Source: Candidatus Bathyarchaeia archaeon
Lineage (GTDB): Bacteria > Chloroflexota > Limnocylindria > P2-11E
Reading direction: 5' to 3'
Length of the DNA: 44,719 bases
Assembly (NCBI GenBank): GCA_035637615.1
Contig: DASPWX010000001.1
Location: 1 to 44,719, forward strand
Part shown: positions 24,524-33,791 of the stretch, in pieces
Layout: the number at the start of each line of letters is the position of its first letter
How positions within the stretch are numbered: position 1 is the stretch's first letter
Notes under the pieces: model-generated
Database searches by the model: none
What the model saw: the letters and a program-made list of their open reading frames with translations, nothing else
What the model was told of the DNA's origin: nothing
Program-made: the position numbers and the translations under genes

Positions 24524-26488
24524 CTAGTCGCGCGACGCGTGCCTCGTGACCCAGTCCACGACACGTCGGTTGAAATCGACGCGGTGACTTGGCCTGCCCT
24601 GAGCGATGAACATGTGGCTGCCTCCGGGATAACGAACGAACTCGGTCGGCACCTTGCCGGCGGCGACGAGTCCGGTGAAGAGCTCCTCTCCCTGCCCGAT
24701 TGGGCACCGCTCGTCGGCCTCGCCGTGAAGGATGAGGGTCGGCGTCGTGACCTTGTCGACGTAGTTGATCGGCGAAAGCCGCCGGAACGTCTCGCGCGCG
24801 CCCGTGATGTCGCCGCCCATCTCCCACGGAGCGAACCACATCCCGATATCGCTCGTGCCGAAGAACGATTCTTGATTGGTGACCGGCGCACCGACCACCG
24901 CGGCTTTGAAGCGGTCGGTATGGCCGATCGTCCAGCTGGTCATGAAGCCGCCGTACGAATAGCCGGCGACCGCGAGCCGGTCCGGATCGGCGACGCCTTC
25001 GGCAATGAGTTGATCCACGGCCGCGAGCTGCTCGGGAAGGTCGTGCTCACCCCACTTAGTGCGAATGCCATGCGCGAACTCGCGCCCGTACGAACCTGAC
25101 CCCGTGGGGTTCAACGCGAGCACTGCCCAACCCCGCGATGCAAGCAGGTAGCGGTAGAAGTAGGTGAGAGAAAAGACGTTTCCGGTGAAGCTCTGCGGCC
25201 CTCCGTGGATATCCACCAGGAGCGGCGATGCGCCGCGCTGCTCGGCCGGCATGAACAGCCAGCCCTCCAAAGTGCCGCCATGTGGGCTCGTGAACGTGCG
25301 CCGTTCGCCGTGGACCGGCGCGAGCTGCGCCAGGAGGTCCTTGTTGAGCTGCGTGAGCCGTCGTTCGCGCGTCCCATCCCACGCGGTCACGTACAGGTCT
25401 GATGGGGCTGCCAGGTCACCGGCGGCAAAAGCGATGCGTGATCCCGGCGCGCCGCTCGCGAACACGATCTGGCGCTCTCCGCCAACGACGACGCTCGTCG
25501 AGCCGTCGCCGATGACGGCACGCACGAGATGTGCGTTCCCGTGGTCCCCCGCGATAAACGTCACACTCGCGTTGTCTTTGGACCAGATCGGGCCGGGGGT
25601 CGCGGTCGCGATAGGGAGGAGCACCGCGCCTCGGTCGTATCGCTCGGTGACCCGCCGTGGCTGCCCGCCACGCGAAGGCACGGTCCACACGCGAACCATC
25701 GGATCGCCGAGTCCGGCATCCTGCGCGTCGTACCCGTAGCACGCGATCGTCGTGCCGTCGGGTGACCAGGTCGGGGAGGTTGCGCGTCCGACGACTTCGG
25801 TGATCCGGAGAGCGGCGCGACTCGCCACGTCCGCGACCCAGATGTCGCGCAACGAGTACTCGCTCCGGCCGCCACGCGTCCGTGAAAACGCGATCTGACG
25901 TCCATCTGGCGACCACGACAGAGCGCCGTCGTCGAAGTCACCCGTGGTGAGCTGTGTCGTGTCGCCGGTCGCGACGTCGACGATGAACAGATGCGACCGG
26001 GCGTCGAACGTATAGCCGTCTCCGTCCGTCTTGTACTGCGCTTTCGTGACGTGTCGCGGCCGCTGCTGCCAACGCTCCCGCGCGCCGGCGTCCTCGGGCC
26101 GCGGTTCGAGCCACACCCGCGAGCTGAATGCGATCCTCGTCCCATCGGGCGACCACGTCGCCGCACCGGCGTGGCCCGGCATCGAGGTGAGCCGGCGGGG
26201 CTCGCCACCGTGCGCCGACATCATGTAGAGCTGCCGCTCGCCGCCCACCCGATCCGAGAGGAACGCGAGCTGTGTGCCGTCCGGTGACCACCGCGCCGCC
26301 GAATCACGTGTTGGCCCGCGCGTGAACTCGACCGGCGCGCCACCCTCGGTCGGCGCGACGTGAATGGTCGAGCGATACTCGTCCTTCTCCGTGTCGATCC
26401 AGGTCACGACGTACGCCACGCGGCTGCCGTCCGGCGAAATATCCACGTCGGGAATCGTCTTGAAGGCGAGGAGATCGGTGGCGTCCAT
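24524..26488 (-). CDS. S9 family serine peptidase (acylaminoacyl-peptidase/prolyl oligopeptidase-like) with N-terminal beta-propeller
   Basis: Repeated SPDG..(I/V)AF propeller motifs. Catalytic GYSYGGFMT, and later HGEADERCP and GGSHMF (Asp/His). Confidence 0.88.
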   Translation of the reverse strand: MDATDLLAFKTIPDVDISPDGSRVAYVVTWIDTEKDEYRSTIHVAPTEGGAPVEFTRGPTRDSAARWSPDGTQLAFLSDRVGGERQLYMMSAHGGEPRRLTSMPGHAGAATWSPDGTRIAFSSRVWLEPRPEDAGARERWQQRPRHVTKAQYKTDGDGYTFDARSHLFIVDVATGDTTQLTTGDFDDGALSWSPDGRQIAFSRTRGGRSEYSLRDIWVADVASRAALRITEVVGRATSPTWSPDGTTIACYGYDAQDAGLGDPMVRVWTVPSRGGQPRRVTERYDRGAVLLPIATATPGPIWSKDNASVTFIAGDHGNAHLVRAVIGDGSTSVVVGGERQIVFASGAPGSRIAFAAGDLAAPSDLYVTAWDGTRERRLTQLNKDLLAQLAPVHGERRTFTSPHGGTLEGWLFMPAEQRGASPLLVDIHGGPQSFTGNVFSLTYFYRYLLASRGWAVLALNPTGSGSYGREFAHGIRTKWGEHDLPEQLAAVDQLIAEGVADPDRLAVAGYSYGGFMTSWTIGHTDRFKAAVVGAPVTNQESFFGTSDIGMWFAPWEMGGDITGARETFRRLSPINYVDKVTTPTLILHGEADERCPIGQGEELFTGLVAAGKVPTEFVRYPGGSHMFIAQGRPSHRVDFNRRVVDWVTRHASRD

Positions 26489-26512
26489 GCGGTCCGAAAG
26501 ACTACGCCTCAG

Positions 26513-28054
26513 ATGACCGAGGGTGCCCGCAGCCAGTGGGTCTTCTCGAAGACCGAAGCTCTCGCGAGAGATGGGATGGTCACCGCGGATCCGCTCGCCG
26601 CGGAGGCCGGCGTCGAGATCCTGCGCGATGGGGGGAACGCTCTCGATGCCGCCCTCGCGACCGCATTCGCGCTGGGCGTCACCTCACCGATCGGTAGCGG
26701 CCTTGGCGGCATCGCGGGTCTCGTGGTGTGGCATGAAGGCAAGACGAGCTCGTTCGATGGTTCAACACGCGCTCCGCTCGCATCGCGGCCCGAGATGTTC
26801 GAGCTCACGGGTGGCGAGGCTCGTTCGGGAATGTACGGATGGCCCGCGGTCAAGAACGACGCGAATGTCGAGGGACCACTTTCAGTCACGGTTCCGGGCG
26901 CGGTCGCGGCGTATGAGCTCGCGCACCGCCGACTCGGGAAGCTGCCCTGGGCACGCCTCTTCGAGCCCGCGATACGTCTCGCGCGCGATGGGATCGTCAT
27001 GGACTGGTACGGCACGCTCGTGTTCGGCGCGTCCGCGTTCCGCCTCCACAAGAACGCCGAGGCCAAGCGCGTTTACTACCGCCCGGGCGGCGCGCCCTAC
27101 CGGCCGCCGACGGGCTTCGAGCCTGCCGATCGCCTGATCCAGCCCGATCTCGCGGGTTCGCTCGAAGCCATCGCGCGCGGCGGCGCCCAGGTGCTCTACA
27201 ACGGCGAGCTCGCTGCGGCGATCGCGGAAGATATCCGCGCGCTGGGCGGGATCCTGTCGCGAGACGACTTCGCGGCCTACGAGGCCGGTGCGCCTCCGCC
27301 GAATGCGATCGAGTACCGAGGCCATCGCGTGCTGACGCTGCCGGGTCTGACGGGCGGTCCGACCGTCGCGCGCGCTCTCGGATTGCTCGAGCGCGAAGAT
27401 CTGCGCAAGCACCGCCAGCTCGGTGCCGAGAGCCTGCACCGCATTGCGGTCGCCGTGCGCGCGGCCTTCGCCGAGCGCCTGGGGTCGATGGCCGACATGC
27501 CGAACACGACTCATGTGAACTCAGTCGACCGCGACCGCATGTGCGTGTCCTTGACCGCGACGCTCGGCGGCGGCTTCGGCTCGGCGGTCATGATCAAAGG
27601 CACTGGGATCCTGATCACCAACGGGACCTACTGGTTCGATCCGCGTCCCGGCCGGCCCAACTCCATCGCCCCCGGCAAGCGCGTCCTGTGGGCGGGCGCG
27701 CCCACGATCGTGCTGCGAAGGGGCGAGCCGTTTCTCGTCTGCGGCGCGCCCGGCGGGCGCAAGATCATGAGCGCGGTCGTGCAGACCGTGGTGAACGCTG
27801 TCGACTACGGCGACGGGCCGCAGACCGCGACGAGCCGTCCGCGCATCCATGACGAGGGCGAGAAGCTGCAGGTCGACTCGCGAATCCCGGAGGACGTGCG
27901 TGCTGCTCTCGCGGCCATGGGGCATGAGGTCGACGTGAAGATCGAGGACGTCCTCGCGACGAATTTCGCGCGCCCCGGCGCCATACGGATCGACGGCCCG
28001 GAGCTTCGGGGCGGCGTGGAAGGTACGAAGATCGGGATCGCGCTCGGGTACTAG
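26513..28054 (+). CDS. ggt: gamma-glutamyltransferase family protein
   Basis: AGVEILRDGGNALDAALA, GSGLGGI, the autoprocessing site NTTHVNSVD, and GAPGGRKIMSAVVQ. ATG 26513. The upstream part of track ORF 26360.. is antisense to the S9 gene. Confidence 0.85.
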   Translation: MTEGARSQWVFSKTEALARDGMVTADPLAAEAGVEILRDGGNALDAALATAFALGVTSPIGSGLGGIAGLVVWHEGKTSSFDGSTRAPLASRPEMFELTGGEARSGMYGWPAVKNDANVEGPLSVTVPGAVAAYELAHRRLGKLPWARLFEPAIRLARDGIVMDWYGTLVFGASAFRLHKNAEAKRVYYRPGGAPYRPPTGFEPADRLIQPDLAGSLEAIARGGAQVLYNGELAAAIAEDIRALGGILSRDDFAAYEAGAPPPNAIEYRGHRVLTLPGLTGGPTVARALGLLEREDLRKHRQLGAESLHRIAVAVRAAFAERLGSMADMPNTTHVNSVDRDRMCVSLTATLGGGFGSAVMIKGTGILITNGTYWFDPRPGRPNSIAPGKRVLWAGAPTIVLRRGEPFLVCGAPGGRKIMSAVVQTVVNAVDYGDGPQTATSRPRIHDEGEKLQVDSRIPEDVRAALAAMGHEVDVKIEDVLATNFARPGAIRIDGPELRGGVEGTKIGIALGY

Positions 28055-28075
28055 CCCGAGCGCGATCCATCAGGG

Positions 28076-28330
28076 CTACGGAACGGTCGGGCGCTGACCC
28101 GCGTTCTCCTGCGCCTCCCGCTCGGGGCTCTCGCCGGCCTCGTGTGCCGGATCCTCGTTCGAGACGAAGACGCCCGGCGACGCCGAAGCGTCGGCCTGCG
28201 TGTTTGCGCTCGTTGGCGTGTTCGTCGCTGCGTTCGCGCTCGAGCCCGCTGTGAAGGCGGCCCCGAGGGCTACGCCCGCGAGCATCGAACCTCCCGCAAG
28301 CGCCGCGATGACGGCTTTTCTCATGTCCAT
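28076..28330 (-). CDS. small secreted acidic hypothetical protein
   Basis: AGGAG lies 7 nt before ATG 28330. Signal peptide MDMRKAVIAALAGGSMLAGVALGAAFTAGSSANA, then a low-complexity acidic tail. Confidence 0.5.
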   Translation of the reverse strand: MDMRKAVIAALAGGSMLAGVALGAAFTAGSSANAATNTPTSANTQADASASPGVFVSNEDPAHEAGESPEREAQENAGQRPTVP

Positions 28331-28502
28331 TTCGTGTCTCCTTTCTTTTGCCCTGTTGAAGGGCTCATCTCACCGTGGGGCACCACCGGCGACTGCGTAT
28401 GAGATGGAACTGAGAGTTGTCTAGGAATCGCCGAGGAAAGCGACCGAACGCCAGGTTTCTCTGTCGGGTTGCCAATGCGAGATCCCGTGGGACGATCCTC
28501 GG

Positions 28503-29510
28503 GTGGCGACGCCGGCCTCGTTGCGCATAGCGCGGCTTCTTCTCTTCGCCGCCGCGGCCTGCGCGTTCGCGGTCCCCGTCTTCATTGGGGCGCGGGCGGC
28601 CTTCGTCTCACCGGTTCTGCTGCTTTTCGGCGCGCCGATCGCGCTCTTCGTCGCGGCACACCAAACGATCGCATCCGATTCGATGCGTGCACGGACGTTC
28701 GCCCTTGCCGGCGCCTCGGCACTCACCGCGCTCGCGATCCTCACTGGTTTCGGTGCTGGGGATGTGAGCTTCCCGGCGGCGGGCATCGGCGTACTCGCGG
28801 CCTGGAGCGCGTGGCTTCATCCGCCACGGCGAAGGGCCGTCGTGCTCTTCATCGCCTACGTCGCGGTCGGCCTCGTGGTTGCGGCGTTCCGCACCCGTAG
28901 CTTCTTTCTCGCGCCGTTCGTCGTCGGAGACGTACTCCTGTGGCCTGCGACGCTGCTCTTCCTCTCGCCCGCGCTCTTCGGCCTGCCGATCTTCGCCGGA
29001 CTCGGTATCGCTTTGGCCCTCGGCGCATACGCGTTCCGCCAGGTGCTTCCGCTTGCCCGACCCACGGTCGCCCTCGCGGCCGCCGCCGCGGCAGGTGCTC
29101 TGGCCGTCGGTTTGGTCGTGGCGCTCGCGTTCGCGTCGCCGAACAGCAGCGCGCGGTTTGAGCTTGCGCCGGCGGGGCTGGCGGGCATTTTCGCAGCGGC
29201 GTTCGCTTCGGTGCTGGGACTTCTCGCGATGAAGCGATCGCCTCTTCTTGCGGGTCTCGGGATCGCAGCGGGCACGACGATCTTGACCCTCGCGAGCCTC
29301 TCGCCCGCGTCAGTGAGCTGCCAGCAGAACGGTTACTCGACCTCGTCTGGGCCGTGGTGGCTGGGCCCGCCCGGATCGATGAGCGCCAGCGGAAGTGGCG
29401 GCGGGAGCAGCGGCACGGTCGGGGGAGCGATCGTCCGCGGCGACGGCACGACGATCCGCTTCACCTGCAACGGGAGCACCCTCAGCGAGTTCGTCATCGA
29501 GCAGCACTGA
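28503..29510 (+). CDS. polytopic membrane protein with Gly/Ser-rich linker and small C-terminal domain
   Basis: About 8 hydrophobic segments, then ...SGSGGGSSGTVGGAIVRGDGTTIRFTCNGSTLSEFVIEQH. No recognisable family. Confidence 0.5.
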   Translation: MATPASLRIARLLLFAAAACAFAVPVFIGARAAFVSPVLLLFGAPIALFVAAHQTIASDSMRARTFALAGASALTALAILTGFGAGDVSFPAAGIGVLAAWSAWLHPPRRRAVVLFIAYVAVGLVVAAFRTRSFFLAPFVVGDVLLWPATLLFLSPALFGLPIFAGLGIALALGAYAFRQVLPLARPTVALAAAAAAGALAVGLVVALAFASPNSSARFELAPAGLAGIFAAAFASVLGLLAMKRSPLLAGLGIAAGTTILTLASLSPASVSCQQNGYSTSSGPWWLGPPGSMSASGSGGGSSGTVGGAIVRGDGTTIRFTCNGSTLSEFVIEQH

Positions 29511-29528
29511 CCGCTAGGCTGTCCGCGC

Positions 29529-30806
29529 ATGGCACGATTCGTCGTTGAAGGCGGAACGCCTTTACACGGTGAGATCACACCGGCAGGCAATAAGAACGAA
29601 GCGCTACCACTTATCGCCGCCAGCCTTCTGACTGATGACCCGGTCACGCTCCGCAACGTGCCGCGCATCCGAGATGTACGGGCGATGCTCGAGATCGCGA
29701 GCGCGCTCGGGGCGACGGTCGAGGAGCCCGACCCGCATACGGTTCGCATCACGGGTTCGCTTCGCTCGACAGACGTACCGGCGAAGCTCGCGGGCGAAAT
29801 CCGGACGTCGCTCCTTTTCGCGGGTCCACTTCTCGCTCGGTACAAGAAGGTGAAGCTCGGTCTGCCCGGAGGTGACGTCATCGGTCGCCGTCGCAACGAC
29901 ACGCACTTCCTGGCGATGCAGGCCCTCGGCGCGGAACTGGAAGCCGCACAGAACGGCTACGGCTTGCACACCTCCGGCTTGAAGGGCGCGGATCTGCTTC
30001 TCGATGAGCCTTCCGTGACGGCGACCGAGAACGCGCTCATGGCCGCAGCGCTCGCCTCGGGGAGAACGGTCATCCGCAACGCCGCCAGCGAACCGCATGT
30101 GCAACAGCTCGGGATCGCGCTCATGAAGATGGGCGCGAAGATGGTGGGACTCGGCACGAACACGATCACGATCGACGGGGTCGAGCGTCTGCGCGGGCTC
30201 GATCACACGATTCTCTCGGACCACATGGAAGTGGGCTCGCTCATCGGCCTGGCGGCGATGACGCACGGCGAGATCACGATCAAGAACGCGGTCCCGCAGT
30301 ACCTGCGCATGACCCGGCTCGTCTTCAAGCGTCTCGGCGTCGACACGGACGTGAGCGGCGACGATCTCATCGTCCGGGCGAAGGACCGCTACCCGATCGA
30401 ACACGACATCGGCGGCGCGATCCCGAAGGTGCAATCGCAGGTGTGGCCCGGTTTTCCCTCCGATTTAACGAGCATCGCGACCGCGATGGCCACGCAGGCC
30501 GAGGGCACCGTGCTAATTCACGAGTGGATGTTTCCCGCGCGCATGTACTGGGTCGGATCGCTCGAGAGCATGGGCGCCCGCGTGATACTGTGCGACCCGC
30601 ATCGCGTGGTCGTGGTCGGTCCCTCGCAGCTGTATGGGTCGGATCTGCGCAGTCCGGATATCCGCGCCGGCCTGGCGCTTCTCGCGGCGACGCTCTCCGC
30701 GAAAGGGACGAGCACGATGAACAACGTCGAGCAGATCGATCGCGGCTACGAGGAGCTCGACAAGAGGCTGCGCGCGCTCGGGGCCAGGATCGAACGCGCC
30801 GCTTGA
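29529..30806 (+). CDS. murA: UDP-N-acetylglucosamine 1-carboxyvinyltransferase
   Basis: Aligns by eye with E. coli MurA along its length: GNKNEALP (Lys22 region), GLPGGDVIGRRRNDTH (Cys115 loop, here Asp), SDLRSPDIRAGLALLAA, IDRGYEELDKRLRALGARIERA. Confidence 0.88.
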   Translation: MARFVVEGGTPLHGEITPAGNKNEALPLIAASLLTDDPVTLRNVPRIRDVRAMLEIASALGATVEEPDPHTVRITGSLRSTDVPAKLAGEIRTSLLFAGPLLARYKKVKLGLPGGDVIGRRRNDTHFLAMQALGAELEAAQNGYGLHTSGLKGADLLLDEPSVTATENALMAAALASGRTVIRNAASEPHVQQLGIALMKMGAKMVGLGTNTITIDGVERLRGLDHTILSDHMEVGSLIGLAAMTHGEITIKNAVPQYLRMTRLVFKRLGVDTDVSGDDLIVRAKDRYPIEHDIGGAIPKVQSQVWPGFPSDLTSIATAMATQAEGTVLIHEWMFPARMYWVGSLESMGARVILCDPHRVVVVGPSQLYGSDLRSPDIRAGLALLAATLSAKGTSTMNNVEQIDRGYEELDKRLRALGARIERAA

Positions 30807-32017
30807 CCTCCTTCGCGACGCACCTCGAATGCTCGCGTTGCCAGGAGGATTTCCCGGTCGAGCAGATCCAGCAGGTCTGCAAATCCGACGGTGGCCCGCT
30901 CCTGGTGCGCTACGACCTACGCCGCGTGCGGGAGTCCGTCACGAAAAGTGCGCTCCGGGAACGACCGGAGTCGCTCTGGCGCTATCGGGAGCTCTTACCG
31001 CACGAGGAACCGGACAACGTCGTGACGCTCGGCGAGCTCAACACGCCGCTTCTCGAAACTCCATCACTCGGCGAGGAGCTCGGCATCCCGAAGCTCCGTG
31101 TGAAGGACGAAGGTCTGCTCCCGACCGGCACGTTCAAGGCACGTGGTGCGGCGGTCGGCATGACCCGCGCGTCTGAGCTCGGCGTCGAGACGCTCGCGCT
31201 CCCAAGCGCCGGCAATGCCGGTTCGGCGTGGGCGGCGTACGGCGCGCGGGCCGGCGTCCGCGTGATCGTGGTCATGCCCGACCGGACACCGAAGGTGATC
31301 GTGCGCGAGGCGTCGGCATACGGCGGCGAGGTCTACACGGTCGCCGGATCGATCGGCGATGCGGGCGCGGTCGTGAAGAAGGTCTGCGCGGATCGCGGCT
31401 GGTACGACGCGTCAACCCTTCGCGAGCCCTACCGAATCGAGGGGAAGAAGACCATGGGTTTTGAGCTGGCCGAACAGCTCGGATGGCGCGTCCCAGATGT
31501 GATCGTCTATCCAACCGGCGGCGGCGTCGGGCTCATCGGCATGTGGAAGGCGTTCGACGAGCTCCGGGCCATCGGTTGGCTCGACCAAAAGAAACCGCGT
31601 TTCGTGGCGGCGCAAGCCGGCGGGTGCGCTCCGATCGTCGACGCGTTCAGCAAAGGGCTCGACGAGTCGCGTCCCTGGCCGGATCCAACAACGTTCGCAG
31701 CGGGTATCCGGGTGCCGAAGGCGCTCGGTGACTTCATCGTCCTGCGCGCGCTCCGCGAATCCGAAGGGACGGCCCTCGCCGTGAGCGACGACGAGATCGC
31801 AGACGCGATGGAGCTCGCCGGCCAGAGCGAGGGCCTCCTCCTCTGCCCTGAGGGCGGGTGCGCTCTCGCAGTCACTCGCGAGCTCCGCCGCAGCGGCTGG
31901 ATCGCCGAATCGGATGAGGTCGTCATCTTCAACACCGGCACGGGTCTCAAGTACGCGGAGTTTCTCCAGGGTGATGACGCAAGACACCTCGACGCGGATG
32001 AGCTCCCGGACGAATAG
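30803..32017 (+). CDS. thrC: threonine synthase
   Basis: N-terminal zinc-ribbon-like HLECSRCQ...C. PLP site LPTGTFKARGA, PSAGNAGSA and PTGGGVGLIG. The TTG start overlaps the murA stop (TTGA). Confidence 0.85.
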   Translation: MTSFATHLECSRCQEDFPVEQIQQVCKSDGGPLLVRYDLRRVRESVTKSALRERPESLWRYRELLPHEEPDNVVTLGELNTPLLETPSLGEELGIPKLRVKDEGLLPTGTFKARGAAVGMTRASELGVETLALPSAGNAGSAWAAYGARAGVRVIVVMPDRTPKVIVREASAYGGEVYTVAGSIGDAGAVVKKVCADRGWYDASTLREPYRIEGKKTMGFELAEQLGWRVPDVIVYPTGGGVGLIGMWKAFDELRAIGWLDQKKPRFVAAQAGGCAPIVDAFSKGLDESRPWPDPTTFAAGIRVPKALGDFIVLRALRESEGTALAVSDDEIADAMELAGQSEGLLLCPEGGCALAVTRELRRSGWIAESDEVVIFNTGTGLKYAEFLQGDDARHLDADELPDE

Positions 32018-32063
32018 GCTCGGCCTTAGCGGCCTCAGCCATTAGGGCGCATAGCATCAGGCG

Positions 32064-33449
32064 ATGGCAATCGAGATCGCGCCGAACATCCTCGGGCTCG
32101 TCGGCCACACGCCGCTCGTTCGACTCTCCCGCATCGGCAAGGGACTGCGCCCAGCGATCGTCGCCAAGCTCGAGCATTTGAACCCGGGCGGTTCGATCAA
32201 GGACCGCATCGGGCTGCTCATGATCGAAGACGCCGAGCGGCGCGGTCTCCTCAGACCGGGCGGGACGATCGTCGAGCCGACGAGCGGAAACACCGGCGTC
32301 GGTCTCGCGATGGCCGCCGCGATCAAGGGTTACCGCGTCATCTGCACGATGGCCGACAAGCAGAGCCAGGAGAAGCGCGACCTACTGCGCGCGTACGGGG
32401 CGGAGGTCGTGGTCTGTCCGAGCGCCGTGCCGCCGGAATCACCCGAGTCCTATTACAAGGTCGCCGACCGCCTCACCCGTGACATCCCGGGCGCGTTCCA
32501 ACCGAATCAGTACTACAACGCGATGAACCCCGAGGCGCACTACCGAACCACGGGCCCTGAGATCTGGCAGCAGACCGAGGGGCGGATTACGCATCTCGTG
32601 GCCGGTGTGGGCACTGGAGGGACCGTGACCGGCGCGGGTCGCTACCTAAAGGAAAAAAAGAAAGCCATCGTCATCGTGGGCGCTGATCCCGAGGGGTCGC
32701 TCTATACCGGCGACATCCATCCGTACAAGACCGAAGGCATCGGCGAGGACTTTTATCCGGGAACGTTCGATCCCGGGATCGTCGATCGCTGGGTACGCGT
32801 CTCCGATCGCGACTCGTTTCTCACCGCGCGCCGGCTCACCCGCGAGGAGGGCATCCTGGTCGGCGGGTCATCGGGGACGGCTCTGTTCGCCGCGCTCGAG
32901 GTGGCGAAGGATCTCGACGAGAGCGCAATGGTGCTCGTCCTCTTCGCGGACACCGGGCGCAACTACCTCTCAAAGATCTTCAACGACGAATGGATGCGCC
33001 AGAACGGATTCCTCGGCGGCCTCATACCGGCGAACGTCGGCGACGTGATGAAGGATCGCGGCGGTACGCCGGAGCTCATCGTCGTCTCGAAAACGGAGAC
33101 GGTCCGCCGCGCGATCGACACGATGCAGCGGTACGGCATCTCGCAGATCCCGGTGACGGCCGACGGTGCCGCGGGCGCGGTGTCCGACATCGTGGGAAGC
33201 GTCTCGGAGAAGACGATGCTCGACCGAGTCTTCCGCGAGCCCGCGCTTGTCGACGAACGCGTCGAGCGGGTGATGGATCCACCCTTCCCGGTGGTGCAGG
33301 CCACCGACGACATCGAGCGTCTCTATCAGGAGCTTTCCGGCGGCGCACCCGCGCTGCTCGCCGCGCGAGACAACCGTCCGGTATCCGTCATCACGAAGGC
33401 CGACCTCTTGGAATTCGTCGCGCACCAGCGAAGGGTGGCGCCCCGCTAG
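32064..33449 (+). CDS. cystathionine beta-synthase (PLP domain + tandem CBS domains)
   Basis: LEHLNPGGSIKDRIG (PLP lysine), EPTSGNTGVGLA, GVGTGGTVTG, GGSSG. The C-terminal ~130 aa carry a CBS-pair pattern (ISQIPV..., VSVITKADLL). Confidence 0.88.
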   Translation: MAIEIAPNILGLVGHTPLVRLSRIGKGLRPAIVAKLEHLNPGGSIKDRIGLLMIEDAERRGLLRPGGTIVEPTSGNTGVGLAMAAAIKGYRVICTMADKQSQEKRDLLRAYGAEVVVCPSAVPPESPESYYKVADRLTRDIPGAFQPNQYYNAMNPEAHYRTTGPEIWQQTEGRITHLVAGVGTGGTVTGAGRYLKEKKKAIVIVGADPEGSLYTGDIHPYKTEGIGEDFYPGTFDPGIVDRWVRVSDRDSFLTARRLTREEGILVGGSSGTALFAALEVAKDLDESAMVLVLFADTGRNYLSKIFNDEWMRQNGFLGGLIPANVGDVMKDRGGTPELIVVSKTETVRRAIDTMQRYGISQIPVTADGAAGAVSDIVGSVSEKTMLDRVFREPALVDERVERVMDPPFPVVQATDDIERLYQELSGGAPALLAARDNRPVSVITKADLLEFVAHQRRVAPR

Positions 33450-33688
33450 GGTTCCTTTGGGCGCCCGTTCCCGGCCACGCGCTCGCGCATCCCCTTCACT
33501 ACCACCTCGAGCTCTCCCATGGTCACCCCACCGGTCGGCTTCCAGTCGTGCTCGCCCTTGCGAACGTCCGACGGGCAATAGGCCCAGTCCTTTTCGTGGA
33601 CGGTGAGGTGGTCGACAAGAGCGCCGTTCTTGCCGAGATGTGCTGCCGCCATGCAGACGAACCCGACGCGCGCACCCGCCGTCCCCAT
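33446..33688 (-). CDS. small hypothetical protein (68-80 aa) rich in His/Trp/Cys/Lys
   Basis: ...MAAAHLGKNGALVDHLTVHEKDWAYCPSDVRKGEHDWKPTGGVTMGELEVVVKGMRE has a protein-like composition. Start is ATG 33688 or 33652. It shares a CTAG stop overlap with the CBS gene. Confidence 0.45.
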   Translation of the reverse strand: MGTAGARVGFVCMAAAHLGKNGALVDHLTVHEKDWAYCPSDVRKGEHDWKPTGGVTMGELEVVVKGMRERVAGNGRPKEP

Positions 33689-33701
33689 ACCTCTATTTGC
33701 T

Positions 33702-33720
33702 CGATGACGACACGTCATCG
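33702..33720. promoter_or_regulatory. perfect 8-3-8 palindrome CGATGACG-ACA-CGTCATCG
   Basis: Seen directly in the sequence, in the divergent gap between the small minus-strand ORF and the LuxR-type gene. Confidence 0.45.
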
Positions 33721-33769
33721 CAAGTAACAGTTCGGCCAATACCCGCCGTGGCCAGCCGGGCGAGAGTGG

Positions 33770-33791
33770 ACGAAAGTGCATATACTTTCGT
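33770..33791. promoter_or_regulatory. perfect 8-6-8 inverted repeat ACGAAAGT-GCATAT-ACTTTCGT overlapping the regulator start codon
   Basis: Seen directly in the sequence. This is an AT-rich patch, and GTG 33776 lies inside the left arm. Confidence 0.45.

Noticed and set aside
26360-26512. 5' extensions of several track ORFs into the neighbouring gene: GGT 26360, thrC 30443, tlpA 36352, GNAT 35248, MFS 14873, cpaE-like 41007, cpaF 41855, ACT 37433, haem-oxygenase-like 8229, HExxH protein 1341.
   Set aside because: The extended parts overlap recognisable neighbouring genes out of frame or antisense, and they are compositionally shadow-like. An internal start that overlaps or abuts the upstream stop (ATGA/TTGA/GTGA/TAGTG), or that follows an SD, fits much better.
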